Source: the human T2T-CHM13v2.0 reference genome, Homo sapiens
Direction: 5' to 3' (one strand)
Assembly (NCBI RefSeq): GCF_009914755.1
Contig: NC_060946.1
DNA length: 64,000 nt
Shown here one piece after another: positions 1 to 18,516 of this stretch. Under the pieces are notes generated by a model. The model was not told where the DNA came from. It saw nothing but the letters and a program-made list of their open reading frames with translations, and did no database searches. Made by a program: the position numbers and the translations under genes. How positions within the stretch are numbered: the first letter of the stretch is position 1; each line of letters starts with the position of its first letter.

Positions 1-269
1 ATAGTAGTTTCATTCTTGCAAAATTCATGGCATATTAAAACCATGCAAAAGTACTTGGCACTTAGGCAGTTACATTTGGGATTGTATAATTAAACAAAGC
101 AGGTTATTCACCTTCATTACATTAGAAAGTCATTCAGGACATACAGCAATCCTTAATTAGGAGCGGCTATCCCATGTTACTGGACATATGGCATCCCTGT
201 TTTCCAATCCTTAAAGTTTTTCCTTAACGTTCCAAAATGCCGTCACTTATTATTTCCTGCCATTGGATT

Positions 270-808
<539 letters not shown>

Positions 809-890
809 AAAGCACATTATTTCATTGCATTTTTTCAAAAGTTGCCAGTAATTTCAATTAAAAATATTATATAACATGTTTAATGCAATA

Positions 891-1228
891 CAAATGCTTT
901 TCAATGTACAATGGGGTTAAGTCTTGATAAGCTGATTATAAATTGAAATACATTATTAAATGTATTTAATACCTAACTTACTGAATATCACAGCTTAGCC
1001 TGGCATACCTTTAATGTGCTCAGAACACTTACATCAGCAGACAATTGGGCAAAATCGTTGAATACAAAACCCACTTTATAATAAAGTATTGGATATTTTA
1101 TGTAATTTGTTGAATATTGTACTGAAAGTGAAAAGCAGAATGGTTATATTCTATTCAAAGCTATCACTTTTGCTTCATCATAAAGTAAAAAAAAATCATA
1201 AATTGAACCATTATAAGTTGACCATCTG
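891..1228 (+). mobile_element. MER47A-like non-autonomous TcMar-Tigger DNA transposon
   Basis: Begins TA|caaatgc...atggggtt and ends accatctg. Internal 'cagcttagcctggcatacctttaatgtgctcagaacacttacat...ttgggcaaaatc...gtactgaaagtgaaaagcagaatgg' matches the recalled MER47A consensus. Confidence 0.75.
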
Positions 1229-1352
1229 TGTATATGTATGTGTGTGTGTACCTATATAAACATGTATGTTTATATATATATTTGTGTGTGTATATATCCT
1301 CGGTGTGTGTGTATGTGTGTTTGAGAGAGAGTGTGTGTGTGTGTGTGTGTAT
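1229..1352. repeat. Compound (TG)n/(TA)n/(GA)n microsatellite
   Basis: Directly visible dinucleotide runs. Confidence 0.9.
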
Positions 1353-2710
1353 GACATTGTAGGAAAGTAAAATTTCTTATCTTACAGATATAGCATGTTA
1401 ACATGTTGGTACCTATCCTCCTGAGATGTAAAATTTTACATGGATAGATGTGTACATTTACAGTTGTACACAAAGAGAAACATATTCTGTAGGCTCTTTG
1501 TTTTTCTGCAGTTTCATTCAACACTATCTGGTTTATATGGATGATTACATATATAATGCTAGGATGAAGGTTCTTCTCTATAACTTTGAAACTTCCTTGA
1601 TTATCAACCCTTGGTATATTCTTAGAATAGGATTTTATTTTAGAATTAAGATCCTTGTTTCAGGACTCTAGACTGTTAACACACAGAGCCAATAATTATT
1701 CAGAATGGTTGGGTTAGTTCACATTCCCACAGATGAGACATCAAATGTCCAGGCTGCACAGCCTCATTAACACTAGATTTTCTGGACATTTTATATAGTA
1801 TTTCATCTTATATAAAAAGTAGAATTCTAAATTAATTATGGTTGTTAATTTATTTTTATCTTTTTAGTCATTATGAAAATGTTTAACTATATGAAAAGCT
1901 AGGAAAGAGTTTTATTTTTTAAGGTAGTACTTCAGAAATATTTGCGATACTTAATTTTTAAAAATTAACTCTAAAAAATGTTGAAATGTCTGTTTAATGA
2001 AATAGGACATAAATACTGGTCACATTAGTGAAAAATATTTGTTTAAAATTAAAATATCTGTATCAATCCTGTAGATATTAATAATTTTTAAAGAATGACA
2101 TCTTCAAAATATAAATGTTCTAAACTTATAATCAGTTAAATATGTCTCAATACATATAGATACATATATCTAAATAAATTTGAAGACTTCAAATTCCAGG
2201 TACAATATAATTCTTTTCTATCCTGTGATTTGTCATTCAGTATTTTGTAATTTGCACAGAAATATTTTGCCCTAACCACATGTCTGTATTTTCTCTTACC
2301 TAGAAATGTTATTTTATGCAAAATTGTTTTAAAGGTCAGTTTGCATGTTTGAAAGCATCTTGTAGAATGTTACATAATATATTGCATATTTGGTTACATT
2401 GTTTTAACTGTGTAAATATGGTTTAAATCTATGATGCTCTTTAGTGCTGATCATGATGCAAAGCAAATTTATCTGTATAAAAGTCTCCTGTTAATTTTTT
2501 TTATTATTATATTTTAAGTTTTAGGGTACATGTGCACAACGTGCAGGTTTGTTAGATATGTATACATGGGCCATGTTGGTGTGCTGCACCCATTAACTCG
2601 TCACTTAATATTAGGGATATCTCCTAATGCTATCCTTCCCCCCTCCCCCCACCCCACAACTGTTCCCAGTGTGTGATGTTCCCCTTCCTGCATCCATGTT
2701 TTCTCATTGT

Positions 2711-6536
<3,826 letters not shown>

Positions 6537-6599
6537 TATGATGTTAGCTGGTTATTTTGCTTGTTAGTTGATGCAGTTTCTTCCTAGCCTTGATGGTCT

Positions 6600-7615
6600 T
6601 TACAATTTGGCATGTTTTTGCAGTGGCTGGTACCAGTTGTTCCTTTCCATGTTTAGTGCTTCCTTCAGGAGCTCTTTTAGGGCAGGCCTGGTGGTGACAA
6701 AATTTCTCAGCATTTGCTTGTCTGTGGAGTATATTATTTCTCCTTCACTTATGAAGCTTAGTTTGGCTGGATATGAAATTCTGGGTTGAAAATTCTTTTC
6801 TTTAAGAATGTTGAATATTGGCCCCTACTCTCTTCTGGCTTGTAGAGTTTCTGAGGAGAGATCAGCAGTTAGTCTGATGGGCTTCCTTTTGTGGGTAACC
6901 TGACCTTTTTCTCTGGCTGCCTTTAAAATTTTTTCATTCATTTCAACTTTGGTGAATTTGACAATTATGTGTCTTGGAGTTGCTTTTCTCGAGGAGTATC
7001 TTTGTGGCATTCTCTGTATTTCCTGAATTTGTATGTTGGCCTGCCTTACTAGATTGGGGAAGTTCTCCTGGATAATATCCTGCAGAGTGTTTTCCAACTT
7101 GGTTCCATTCTCCCCATCACTTTCAGGTACACCAATTAGACATACATTTGGTCTTTTCACATAGTCCCATATTTTCTTGGAGGCTTTGTTCATTTCTTCT
7201 ATTCCTTTTTCTCTAAACTTCTCTTCATGCTTTATTTCATTCATTTCGTTTTCCATCGCTGATACTCTTTCTTCCAGTTGATCACATCGGTTACTGAGGC
7301 TTATGCATTTGTCATGTAGTTCTTGTGCCATGGTTTTCAGCTCCATCAGGTCCTTTAAGGACTTCTCTGCATTTGTTATTCTAGTTATCCATTCGTCTAA
7401 TTTTTTTTTCAAATTTTTAACTTCTTTGCCATTTGTTTGAACTTCCTCCTTTAGCTCGGAGTAATTTGATCTTCTGAAGCCTTCCTCTCTCAACTCGTCA
7501 AAGTCATACTCCGTCCAGCTTTGTTCCATTGCTGGTGAGGAGCTGCATTCCTTTGCAGGAGGAGAGGCACTCTGATTTTTAGAGTTTCCAGTTTTTCTGC
7601 TCTGTTTTTTTCCAT
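6600..7615 (-). pseudogene. L1 ORF1p (RNA-binding chaperone), disrupted
   Basis: The ORF at 6825-7529 encodes EQSWTEYDFDELREEGFRR...IWDYVKRPN...RLTADLSSETLQARRE and stops prematurely. Start ATG at 7613-7615 (minus strand). Confidence 0.93.
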
Positions 7616-8627
7616 CTTTGTGGTTTTATCTTCCTTTGGTCCTTGATGATGGTGACATACAGATGGGGTTTTGGTGTGGATGTCCTTTCTGTTTGTTAGT
7701 TTTCCTTCTAACAGTCAGGACCCTCAGCTGCAGTTCTGTTGGAGTTTACTGGAGGTCTACTCCAGACACTATTTGCCTGGGTATTAGCAGCGGTGGCTGC
7801 AGAACAGTGGATATTGGTGAACTGCAAATGCTGCTGCCTGATCGTTCCTCTGGAAGTTTTGACTCAGAGGGGTACCCGGCCATGTGAGATGTCAGTCTGC
7901 CCCTACAGGGGGGTGCCTCCCAGTTAGGCTACTCAGGGGTCAGGAACTCACTTGAGGAGGCTGTCTGCCTGTTCTCAGATCTCAAGCTACATGCTGGGAG
8001 AACCACTACTCTCTTCAAAGCTGTCAGACAGGGACATTTAAGTCTGCAGAGGTTATTGCAGTCTTTTGTTTGTCTGTGCCCTACCCCCAGAGGTGGAGCC
8101 TACAGAGGCAGGCTGGCCTCCTTGAGCTGTGTTAGGCTCCACCCAGTTCGAACTTCCTGGCTGCTTTGTTTACTTACTCAAGCCTGAGCAATGGCGGGCG
8201 CCCCTCCCCCAGCCCCACTGTAACCTTGCAGTTTGATCTCAGACTGCTGTGCTAGCAAACAGTGAGGCTCCGTGGGTGTAGGATCCTCCAAGCCATGTGC
8301 TGGATACAATCTCCTGGTGTGCCATTTGATAAGCCTGTTGGAAAAGCGCAGTATTAGGGTGGGAGTGACCTGATTTTCCAGGTGCCATCTGTCACCCCTT
8401 TCTTTGACTAGGAAAGGGAATTCCCTGACCCATTGTGCTTCCCAGGTGAGGTGATGCCTTGCCCTGCTTTGGCTCATGCATGGTGTGCTGCACCCACTGT
8501 CCAGCACTCCCCATTGAGATGAACCTGGTACCTCAGTTGGAAATGCAGATATCACCTGTCTTCTGCATCACTGACGCTGGGAGGTGTAGACTGGAGCTGT
8601 TCCTATTCGGCCATGTTGCCTCCATCC
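7616..8627 (-). promoter_or_regulatory. L1 5'UTR (internal sense promoter and antisense promoter region); ORF0 truncated
   Basis: Lies upstream of ORF1. The + strand ORF0 start 'atggcgggcgcccctccccca' at 8191 reads MAGAPPPAPL then TAA. Many CpGs have decayed to TG/CA. Confidence 0.8.
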
Positions 8628-9985
8628 ACTAATTTTTAACTTTCAAATGATTAGATACATTTACCCTCTTCTGAATTTTAATTCCTGATGAAAAGATTCT
8701 GAAATCTCAAGAGGATAATGAATCAGCTTCTGATTACATTCTGGAATTACGATTTGATCACCCATCCAAGAATGCATATTCACTTTCCTTTACATTACAC
8801 ACATGCATAATACCATGCTGAGTGATGCTGGAAAAAGTGAGTCTTCAGTAATGCCCTCATGAAATTACAGTCTCACTACACCGAGGTATTTTCTTTTTAA
8901 CCCTTTTTTTCTTTTCTGCTGTGAATATGTGCCTTCTAAGAGGTGAACAACTGGGAAAAACTGAAAAAGAACCTTCATCTAATTCAGTAACTAGCTTTTG
9001 TATCTTCTAAGAATTTTTATCTCCAGAAAGCTCTAATCTTCATTCCTTTAAAGCTTTATTTCTCTCTCCTTTCCAACACCAGATTTTTCTCTGTTTGTTT
9101 TCTATACCCTTTTTAGAGATGCCTACAATAGAAAAAAAACTATGACATATTCAATACATCTGAAAAGTTTGCATTGCCATAGATAAGAATGAATTGTCTG
9201 TTTATAAAGAAAAAAAATAAAAATATGAACCAAGAAAGCACAGAAGGTAGTAACCACATTTAGATGTTTATCATGGAATCATCTTTATAATCCATCTGTT
9301 ACAATTCCACAGAGCAAATTAGAAGTAATTGTGAAGTTTCCCCTCATTTTATAGGTTTGGTCTTATAAGGCATACAACACAAATTTTAATTACTTTTCTT
9401 TTTGGTATTTGGATCTTAATTTGGTCAAGTGGCCACTGGGTAGATGATGGAGCCTCTTGAGACATACAGTCTTCTAGCTTTGTTGATGTAAATATTACTG
9501 TGTAGTTTTCATTCACTTATTATTTTACAAGGCATGCTTCATTAAAAATATGTCAGCATCTCATTGACAAATCACAAAATTTAAAAGGCACAAGAAAAAA
9601 ACAATTTATTTGAAACATTCCTGTGTAAAAGTACTCACCACTCTTACTATTCCTCAAATATTTTTATTATATTTAAACACAAGCCTAGTTTTATCTCGAG
9701 TGTCTGACCTTGATGATATTGTACACTTTAAACTTAGAAAAAATTGAACTCTATTGGAAATTTCCTACAGATCAGCTTTTCTAGATGCCAAGCGCCTTGT
9801 TTCAGCTGCGGTGATGACAGCAAATTGGGTTCTCAGGGTTTCTGGCCTCTGGCATCATCTCAGTTGTTTATAATTGAAGTTGGCTCTGATGAGAACTCAG
9901 CTTAGATGCATGGTTGTACTGCTGGGCTTAAGGCTGGCCTGCCAGGAGGTTGCATTGAGGTGTAACTAGGCAAAGAAAGAAGGAG

Positions 9986-10434
9986 TTTATTGAGGCACTA
10001 CTGACAATAGCAAAGACTTGGAACCAACCCAAATTTCCAACAATGATAGACTGGATTAAGAAAATGTGGCACATATACACCATGGAATACTATGCAGCCA
10101 TAAAAATGATGAGTTCATGTCCTTTGTAGGGACAAGGATGAAGCTGGAAACCATCATTCTCAGCAAACTATCACAAGGACAAAAAAACAAACACCACATG
10201 TTCTCACTCATAGGTGGGAATTAAACAATGAGTACACATGGACACAGGAAGGGGAACATCACACACTGGGGCCTGTTGTGGGGTGACGGGCTAGGGAAGG
10301 AAAAGCATTAGGGGATATACCTAATGTAAATGACGAGTTAATGGGTGCAGCACACCAACATGTCACATGTATACATAGGTAATGAACCTGCACTTTGTGC
10401 ACATGTACCCTAGAACTTAAAGTATAATAAAAAA
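9986..10434 (+). mobile_element. 5'-truncated L1PA5/6-like 3' end with TSD
   Basis: ORF2 end plus 3'UTR '...ctaatgtaaatgacgag...ccctagaacttaaagtataataaaaaaaaa'; TSD 'aaagaaggag' at 9976-9985 and 10435-10444. Confidence 0.93.
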
Positions 10435-11099
10435 AAAGAAGGAGGTTGGGCAAAATTACCAACAATCTTCAACTATGAATTTTTATGAGTAGGGGCTTCC
10501 CACACCATCAGGCACTCCAAGTTGGAGAAACAAGGGATGTTATATTGAAAGTTTAATTTTTTAGGCTTGATAGTCAGATTAGGGAAGTTTTGGGTATACC
10601 TTTCCCACTCTAGAGCCCTCTCCCTAACTCATGGCCAATTTGGGACATGGGCTCAATGGAAAAGAGTGCCGAGATCAATTAGAAATATCCTTCATGAACA
10701 TAGGAGGCAGGCATTCTGGCCAAGGGGTGCGTCTTCCCACTTTGTAATCCAGAGTGCGATTTCTTCTTGCTATCTGTCCCTCTGTAAATAAGCATTGGGT
10801 GAAGGACAAGCTAGTTACAACTGAGGATGGAATGAGATTCTAGCAGAATTGCAAAATGAACTGAGAGCCACGAAAGTGTTCCTCTGTGAACCAGCAGAGA
10901 GATCTGTGGAAGGCAAAGGAAGAGGAGCCAAGAGGCCAGATAACATTCCTGCTTCCCCTACATTGTGAAAGTGAAATTATCAGCAACGTATATCAGTAAC
11001 TAACCAGAGGCTTTTTGGAGAGTAAGACTTCTGATAGATACCTCAATAGCTGAAGTTGCTCTTCAGTACTGCACATAACCTGTGGACAGATTTTCATCA

Positions 11100-11222
11100 T
11101 TATTAATTCATTTATTCAACAGATAGATATTAAATTCAAGGCATAGTTCTAAACTATGCAGTCAATTACAAAAAAATAATGAAGGGCATTAGCTGTGCCT
11201 CATAGGACGTTAAAACTCTAGG
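11100..11222 (-). mobile_element. L2 3'-end relic
   Basis: 'attcatttattcaacaga...aggcatagttcta...tgcctcataggacgttaaaactctag' resembles the reverse complement of the L2 3' end. Confidence 0.45.
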
Positions 11223-12032
11223 TGCTGAATGAGACAAATAGGGTTCCCACATCAAGTGCCTGGGCTCCTGTTATAACCTGGACTGTGCTTCCAATGACTT
11301 CTCTTGTTTCTGTTTTGGTAAACCCATCATTTGGCTTAGTCCCTATCCTTGCCATGCTCGCCCACCAGTAGGTGGACCTCCTTGACTATAACTACAGACA
11401 TAGATCTTCGATTGTTTCTTTTCAAATGTTTGCTTACTTTAGATCTGCAGTCAAATGTTGTTTTGACCATAAGACTCTGAGGGTGTGTGTGGTTGAAACT
11501 GTCTTGAGACTCAAAGAGCTATTGAGGAAGGGATTTGGTAGCTGAACTCTTTTGAAGTTTTTCTCTGTCTCTCACACATCTGGGGCTCAATAGTTTAATA
11601 TATTGTTTAATTTCTACATCAATGATAGTTTAATTGGCATTCATGCAAGTCAGTTCTGCTGGGAGTTTATTATCCTACTCCAATAGCAAGTAAAGCATTC
11701 CTTAAATATAGTGTATGTATAAATTCTACATGGTAAGTGAAGCTGTCTTTATGAATTGCTGCTATAGAATATACTAGATTGTGTAGGTTTTAGTACAATC
11801 CAGGTAATTATCAAGCCTTTGTAATATTTTCAGGAAAGTGATCCTTTCACTTCAGTTTATGGAACTTGGAAAGTTTTCAGTTACCACCCACTTGTTAGAT
11901 CATAAACTTAATTCTATGTATCTGAATTTATTTTTCTATTTATAAATTTATCTGGATGTTTTCTCAAAGGTTTCCCAGATTAAAAACCTATGGCTTTGTA
12001 AAATTAAAACAGAAGTAATAAGAATTGTGTTA

Positions 12033-12367
<335 letters not shown>

Positions 12368-12417
12368 CTAGAATCATACAATGAGAGAGATTGTATAGCC
12401 CTTTTAATTGTCCATAA

Positions 12418-12775
<358 letters not shown>

Positions 12776-14869
12776 TGATGATTTTCATTTAATGGTGTTC
12801 TACAAAGTGAGTTCAGGCAATGAAAGCACACATGTCATCTACAGTTTACCAGAAAGTAGTACCGGTCACCAGCATTGAAACATACTCCTAACACTGGAAA
12901 ATTTCTTCAGCAGCCAGAATTAATCTCAGATTTTGAGACTGGAGCAAAGACTAATTTGGTATGTGTTCATTCAGATTAGTAAATCTCCATGGTGTTCAAA
13001 CTGTATAATATCAAATCTAAAATAAGTCAAAAGAGTTGAACCATATCTCATCTCTGAGAAAAAAAATGCATTATTTTCAACAGATTTAAGACTGAATTTA
13101 AAATCCAACTCCCTATTCCAGTGTATGTTTCTCTAGAATAAGGCCAAGCCCTACAAATTCTGGATAGTGTCCTCCAAGTTGTGTTTAAGTGATAATTGAT
13201 AAATCTATGGTTTAGATACATATGGAATTCCATATAACTCTAGCTCCAGCCTTTGTGAGTAAAAATTGGCAGTGATCATGGTCTTAATGGGGGCATGTGG
13301 TTAATTGGAATTTTCAGTACCAAAAGTCGTCTTCTTACTAGTTTATCAGGGTACCTTATAATAGTATCCGTAACTCATTGCCCACTTGTCTGTTTTGATT
13401 TCTTTTTTAAAAAGACAATTTTAAACTTAGAGGATTTGTACCTCAAGTCACATATGCGGCACATTTATAAAATAATCATGCCTTTGCATATTTTTCCTTT
13501 GATATCTTAGCTATATATCCAAGCCATTTATGTTTTTTAATTGCCACAAATATTGCACTGAAATAGAGCACTAGTTGCAAAAATGCCTGGTATAACATTT
13601 CTTCTTGTTCTTGAAAGTTATTTTAATACCCCATGTTTAAGATATTCCTAGACAACTATATGTAACTATAATTATTTCTGCTAGGTAGAAACATCTTTGT
13701 GGTCAACATTTGTGAAGTGCCTTGTAAATAAAAACATGCTTGAGTAGAAATAGTATTTTGCAAATATAGCCCTAAATAGAGCTACTGATTTTACCAAGAA
13801 TTAAAGACTCCAAACTCTGTCTTTGTCTTTCAAATTTGGTTTATAAGAACATCTCATTACAATGAGCAAAAAGCCTATATGATCATTAATGAGATAATTT
13901 TGACACTTCTAAATGACACAGCTAATTTGTAGTAGGTTTTTGAAGTGCAAATTACATGTTTCTGTTTAAATAATGACAGTAAAATATAGACACTATGTAT
14001 TCACACTCTATATACACAACTAACTCCAACTTGTCTCTAGAAGAAAAGTTTAATTTTTCAGGTCTCATCCATAAAATGAAGTGTTAATAAGCTGTATCTT
14101 TATGCTCACTTTTAAGTAATTTCTTCTTAACTATTGTATAACACTACTACAGTTTGTATGGAGATAAAATAACTCATGGTGAGAAATCCAGTTCTTTAAA
14201 GAAATGATTTTACCTTCAATCACTTTTAGGATATCTATGGTTTTAGAGTAAGGATGAAAATTTATAAACATTTGTTAAATTATGCAACTGTTTTTGAAGA
14301 TGTTTCAAAATTACACTTTCCTTATTTTACAACTAGTTTTCATATATTCACAAATGAGACACATGAGAATTATTAATGCAAAAGCATAGCATATCAACAA
14401 AGTTTATAATGTAAATAGTTTAGTTAGGAAAGAATGTAATGAGTGAATTATCAAAGCTATTTTATTGGTTCCTAGATTTACCATAGAAGAAAATAAAGCA
14501 GCCTTATAAAAATTTCTCAGCACTGAGTCCATTTAAGGTCTATTTTGTATGCTGTAAGTTCTACAAAATGTTATTGCTGGTAAAAATAGGGTACATATCT
14601 AAAATTGTCTTTTTAAAGGTTCTTTCTTATTCTTCTTCCCTTCCTATGTGTGCACAGAATAATGTCATCGTCTTGATTGGAACACTGTCTCTCTTTCTCA
14701 GAGGGTGTACATTTGTAGAAGGGAGAAAATATTTGTTAATTTTGCTTCCTATAAAATAAGGTCTCAATGGTTGAAGGTCAGTTAACAAACTTTTTTTTTG
14801 GTCTTCATACTATTATCTTGGAATTACCAACTGGCTTCTATTTAGATTTTGAATAATGAAAGAAAAGAA

Positions 14870-15090
14870 CTAGCATTTGTTAGAACTTACTGTGTTCCAG
14901 AAACTTTATTGATGCCATTTCTTCTCATTATCACATTCATTCTTTCAATTAGTATTATTTTTCTCCATCTTAATAAGGTGGGACCAGAGGTTTTGTAATA
15001 TCCACTAACCCACTGTGGATTTCATGGCTTGCAAGAGGAAGAAAGCATGGTGGAGCTCAGGTTTCTCGGATTCCAAATTCACATCCTTTC
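14870..15090 (-). mobile_element. MIR relic
   Basis: 'tagcatttgttagaacttactgtgttccag...tagtattatttttctccatcttaataaggtgggaccagagg' resembles the antisense MIR core. Confidence 0.55.
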
Positions 15091-15177
15091 ATGTCTCCAT
15101 GAAAAATAGAAAAGATAAATTGGGCTCTATTTTAACAAGAAAAACACAATTTTTCGTCAGTTAAATGAATAATTCTT

Positions 15178-15293
15178 TTTTATTTTATTTTATTTTTATT
15201 ATTATACTTTAAGTTTTAGGGTACATGTGCACATTGTGCAGATTAGTTACATATGTATACATGTGCCACGCTGGTGCGCTGCACCCAGATACC
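15178..15293 (-). mobile_element. Very short 5'-truncated young L1 (L1PA2/L1HS-like) with a perfect 16-bp TSD
   Basis: TSD 'taaatgaataattctt' at 15162-15177 and 15294-15309. L1 3' terminus 'tatactttaagttttagggtacatgtgcacattgtgcag.ttagttac...ctggtgcgctgcaccca'. Confidence 0.93.
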
Positions 15294-16065
15294 TAAATGA
15301 ATAATTCTTAAACCTCAAAAATAAAACGTAGCAAAACCTCAATTCAAGAGTAGACATAAAGGTTGTGACATGGGTAGCAGGGACATATGTCTAATGACAT
15401 ACATATTCTATGCATATCTGACCAAAAATCTCCCTCATGATTTTCAAATCAGATGCATAACTACATTTAATGAATTTCACAAATCATTAATATCAGGCTC
15501 TGAAAACAGGATCATTAAAAATGATTAAGATTTTCAACAACAAAGATCTTATCTAAATAGTAAGGAAATTATATTAGATGGCTCCATTCCCTGGGCAGTC
15601 TAATTAACAATTCAACTTGTTCAAAGCTATTAAATATGACAACTTAAAAAATTATGAAAGTTTTTCTAACTTTGTGCTTAAGATAGTTGGCCATTCTTCC
15701 TCTTGGGAAAAAGAAGTGCAGATTTTCTGTCGAAGCATTTTGCTATTGCTTTTCAATTTCCTTTTATGGAAAATAGATAAAATAGCAATTTTTTAATTAT
15801 AAATTTAAAGTCAAAATGGAGATAATTAAGTATCTCCATTAATTAAGTAAATATTATTTTTTTAAAAAAATAGCATTTACTAAATTCTAATCAATCAATT
15901 GATTGACTATTTTTATCCCTGGCTCAATGTAACTCTCTTTGACATATTCTTGTCTTAATTCTAGTTTATGTCAACAATGTGTAATCATAGATGACTCTTT
16001 GCCATTTTCATCTCTCAGTTCTATGAACACCTTTGATCTAACGATAATGTTTTCCAAAAGAATTA

Positions 16066-16744
16066 TTTCTACTCAAACTTCTGAGATCAAATTTGTAGAT
16101 TTAGTCTCACCCCAATCAATTCTTCAACTCTCAGGACACCAAATGGTGTCCTACAATTCAATTCAATCCTGAGACTATCTATCTGGAGATAACATCAGAT
16201 CCCAAAAGTTCAGGGTTCAGGCCCACAAGACTGACCCCCACCATTAGAGAGGAGTTGTCGGCCTCCCATACTCCTGACCAACTGTCTATAAATTAGGACT
16301 TCCATGGATTCCTTCCCCAGGTTCTATAATTTGCTAAGATGGCGCACAGAACCCAAGAAAGCACTTTGCTTACAGTTACTGTCTGATACAAATCAGGAAC
16401 TGTCAAATAGAAGAGACACATAGGGCCAGGTATGGTGAAAAGGGGCACAAAGCTGCCATATGACCTCTAAGTATATCACTGTATCACGCTCCCAGCACCT
16501 CAGAGGTGATGGAGGAGAGAGCTGACAGTTTCAACCATCTAGTTATGCCTTCATGTTTCTGATGTCCAGCACCCACCCTGAAGCTATACGGGTCTCCAGC
16601 CACCACTCATGTCATGTCAATAGCATAAACTCAGGTATGGCTAAGAGGGACTTATGACTAGTAAAGGATGGTCCTCTCATCTCTATCAGGAAATTACAAG
16701 TTTTAGGAGCTCTGTACTGTGAACTGGGGAGGAAGACCAAATAG
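16066..16744 (-). mobile_element. MER21C-like LTR
   Basis: 'ggtgtcctacaattcaattcaatcctgagactatctatctggagataacatcagatccca...cccacaagactg' and 'caggaaattacaagttttaggagctctg...gaagaccaaata' match the recalled MER21 consensus in antisense. Confidence 0.75.
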
Positions 16745-16758
16745 GACATAGCCTAGAC

Positions 16759-16946
16759 CAGTTGTGCTAACTACTGTGTGCCTCAAAATTGCCTACAGTT
16801 GTGTTACAATAAGAGATTGCTGAGACCTGCTATTGGAATTTCAGATTTGGTAGATCTGGGGGTGTAACCTGAGAATATGCAGTTCTAGTAAGTTCCCAGG
16901 TGATGCTGATGCTGCTAGCACAGGGACCACACTTCCAGACGGACTG
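16759..16946. mobile_element. MER5A (hAT-Charlie) DNA transposon relic
   Basis: 'ctgagaatatgcagttctagtaagttcccaggtgatgctgatgctgctagcacagggaccacactt' is characteristic of MER5A. Confidence 0.75.
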
Positions 16947-16999
16947 AGTGAAGCATCGTCGTTACTTATAATAGGAACTTCTCTGTAGTCACAATTTCA

Positions 17000-17600
17000 T
17001 TCATCCCATTCTCTGAGCTCCTCCTTTAATCATTCCCTTTCATACGCTGACATAAAATTTTTCAATCTCTCTGAGACCTCCAAACTATTATTTTATCATA
17101 TTCACAATGACCCTTACCTACTTGATGTACTCTATTTCCTGTTCTCCTGCCTAAATTCCATGGCCAACCATTCCCGGGAAACTTCAACTTCCTTGTTTCT
17201 CTTTCACTTTGCTGAATCTAACCAGGAAAATAACCCTGGTTAGATCCAAATTTCCACCAAATCCCCACATATATTTGAGCAACTAGCTATATGGATCAAA
17301 TTGAAAAATATCCCACTTGAAAATGAGAATCTCAGTGCTGCCTATCAATCAATCATACTACATATGTTCCAATCTATTCACTCTCTAATTTACCTAGTTT
17401 TGTACCTTATCCTGTCTCTAATCCCTAACACTTCCCCAGAAATCCTCAATGTCTTTTTGGTTGTGCTTCCCTGAGAACATTGAATCATCCAAAGACAACT
17501 TCCACAGACTCCTGAAACCATTTAAACTCACTTTCCCATGTCTACACCCACATACTCTCCATTTTCACCTATTATTATCTGTGAAATAACTGGCCCCTAT
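17000..17600 (+). mobile_element. L2 relic
   Basis: 'ctgagaacattgaatcatccaaagacaacttccacagactcc...tctacacccacatactctcc' resembles L2a internal sequence. Boundaries approximate. Confidence 0.45.
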
Positions 17601-18516
17601 CTGTATATTGTCTGATGATGATTTCTATATTACATGTGAAGAAAATGAGAATAGGGTTAGAGCTACTTTCTCATTATAGCATAGCTTAGAATCAAATCCA
17701 CGCAGTCCACCACTGAAACTGGGGTTCCAAGTCAGTGTATTTGGAGAAGGAGAGCTAGTAGAAAAATAAGGATGAAAAGATCCAGGATGAAGATTCTGAT
17801 GGAAGAAAAGGACATTTTTACTATTATGAATTCCTTGAAGTAGACCTTAAGCATTCTCATCTGGACAAATATCCATTCATCCACTCCAGTGAGCTGATTA
17901 AGTTTTAGGATTTTAAGGGTCAGTGAACACTTATTCCTCATTCAGCAGTTAAAGAAGGATTAATATGAATATTATCTTGGAGAAGTTTAATTTAAAACAT
18001 ATTTGATTGATTTTTGGCAATTGTCTTCTATCAGATCTTTACCAATCCATATGAGTTGGTAGGAAGGGAGAAAACACAAAATTTAATCAGATGCCTGAAG
18101 TTAGGGAACATTTTATAACCAACTCAGGGGGAAAAATGCTCAAAAGGGGAAAGATGAGGACAGAAAATACATTTCAAAGATTTTAACTTTTTGACAAAAT
18201 GTCAATTCTATGCAAGAAAAACTGATTGTGTGAATATAACTTTGTCATTTACATCTGCCAATGTGTTCAGAAATATACAACCTATATTTTTTTAATAGTA
18301 GTTTGTTAACACAAAATTTATTCATCAAAATATCTAAAACATTCTAAAAATACTAAAAATTTTCAATTTAAAGATTAAGCTAAACAGCTCTGTATATATA
18401 AGTAAGCTCAAACAAACGTGCATGCTCCCCAACAATGACACTGCTACAGATATTGACTGGTGGTTTTGGTTTCATTTCATTTTATAATGGCAAATCTGGT
18501 TAAGACCCAGATTCTG

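Noticed and set aside
9805-9895. Possible C/D-box snoRNA (GTGATGA ... CTGA about 75 nt apart)
   Set aside because: No convincing terminal stem, internal C'/D' boxes or recognisable rRNA guide. Such short motifs are expected by chance.
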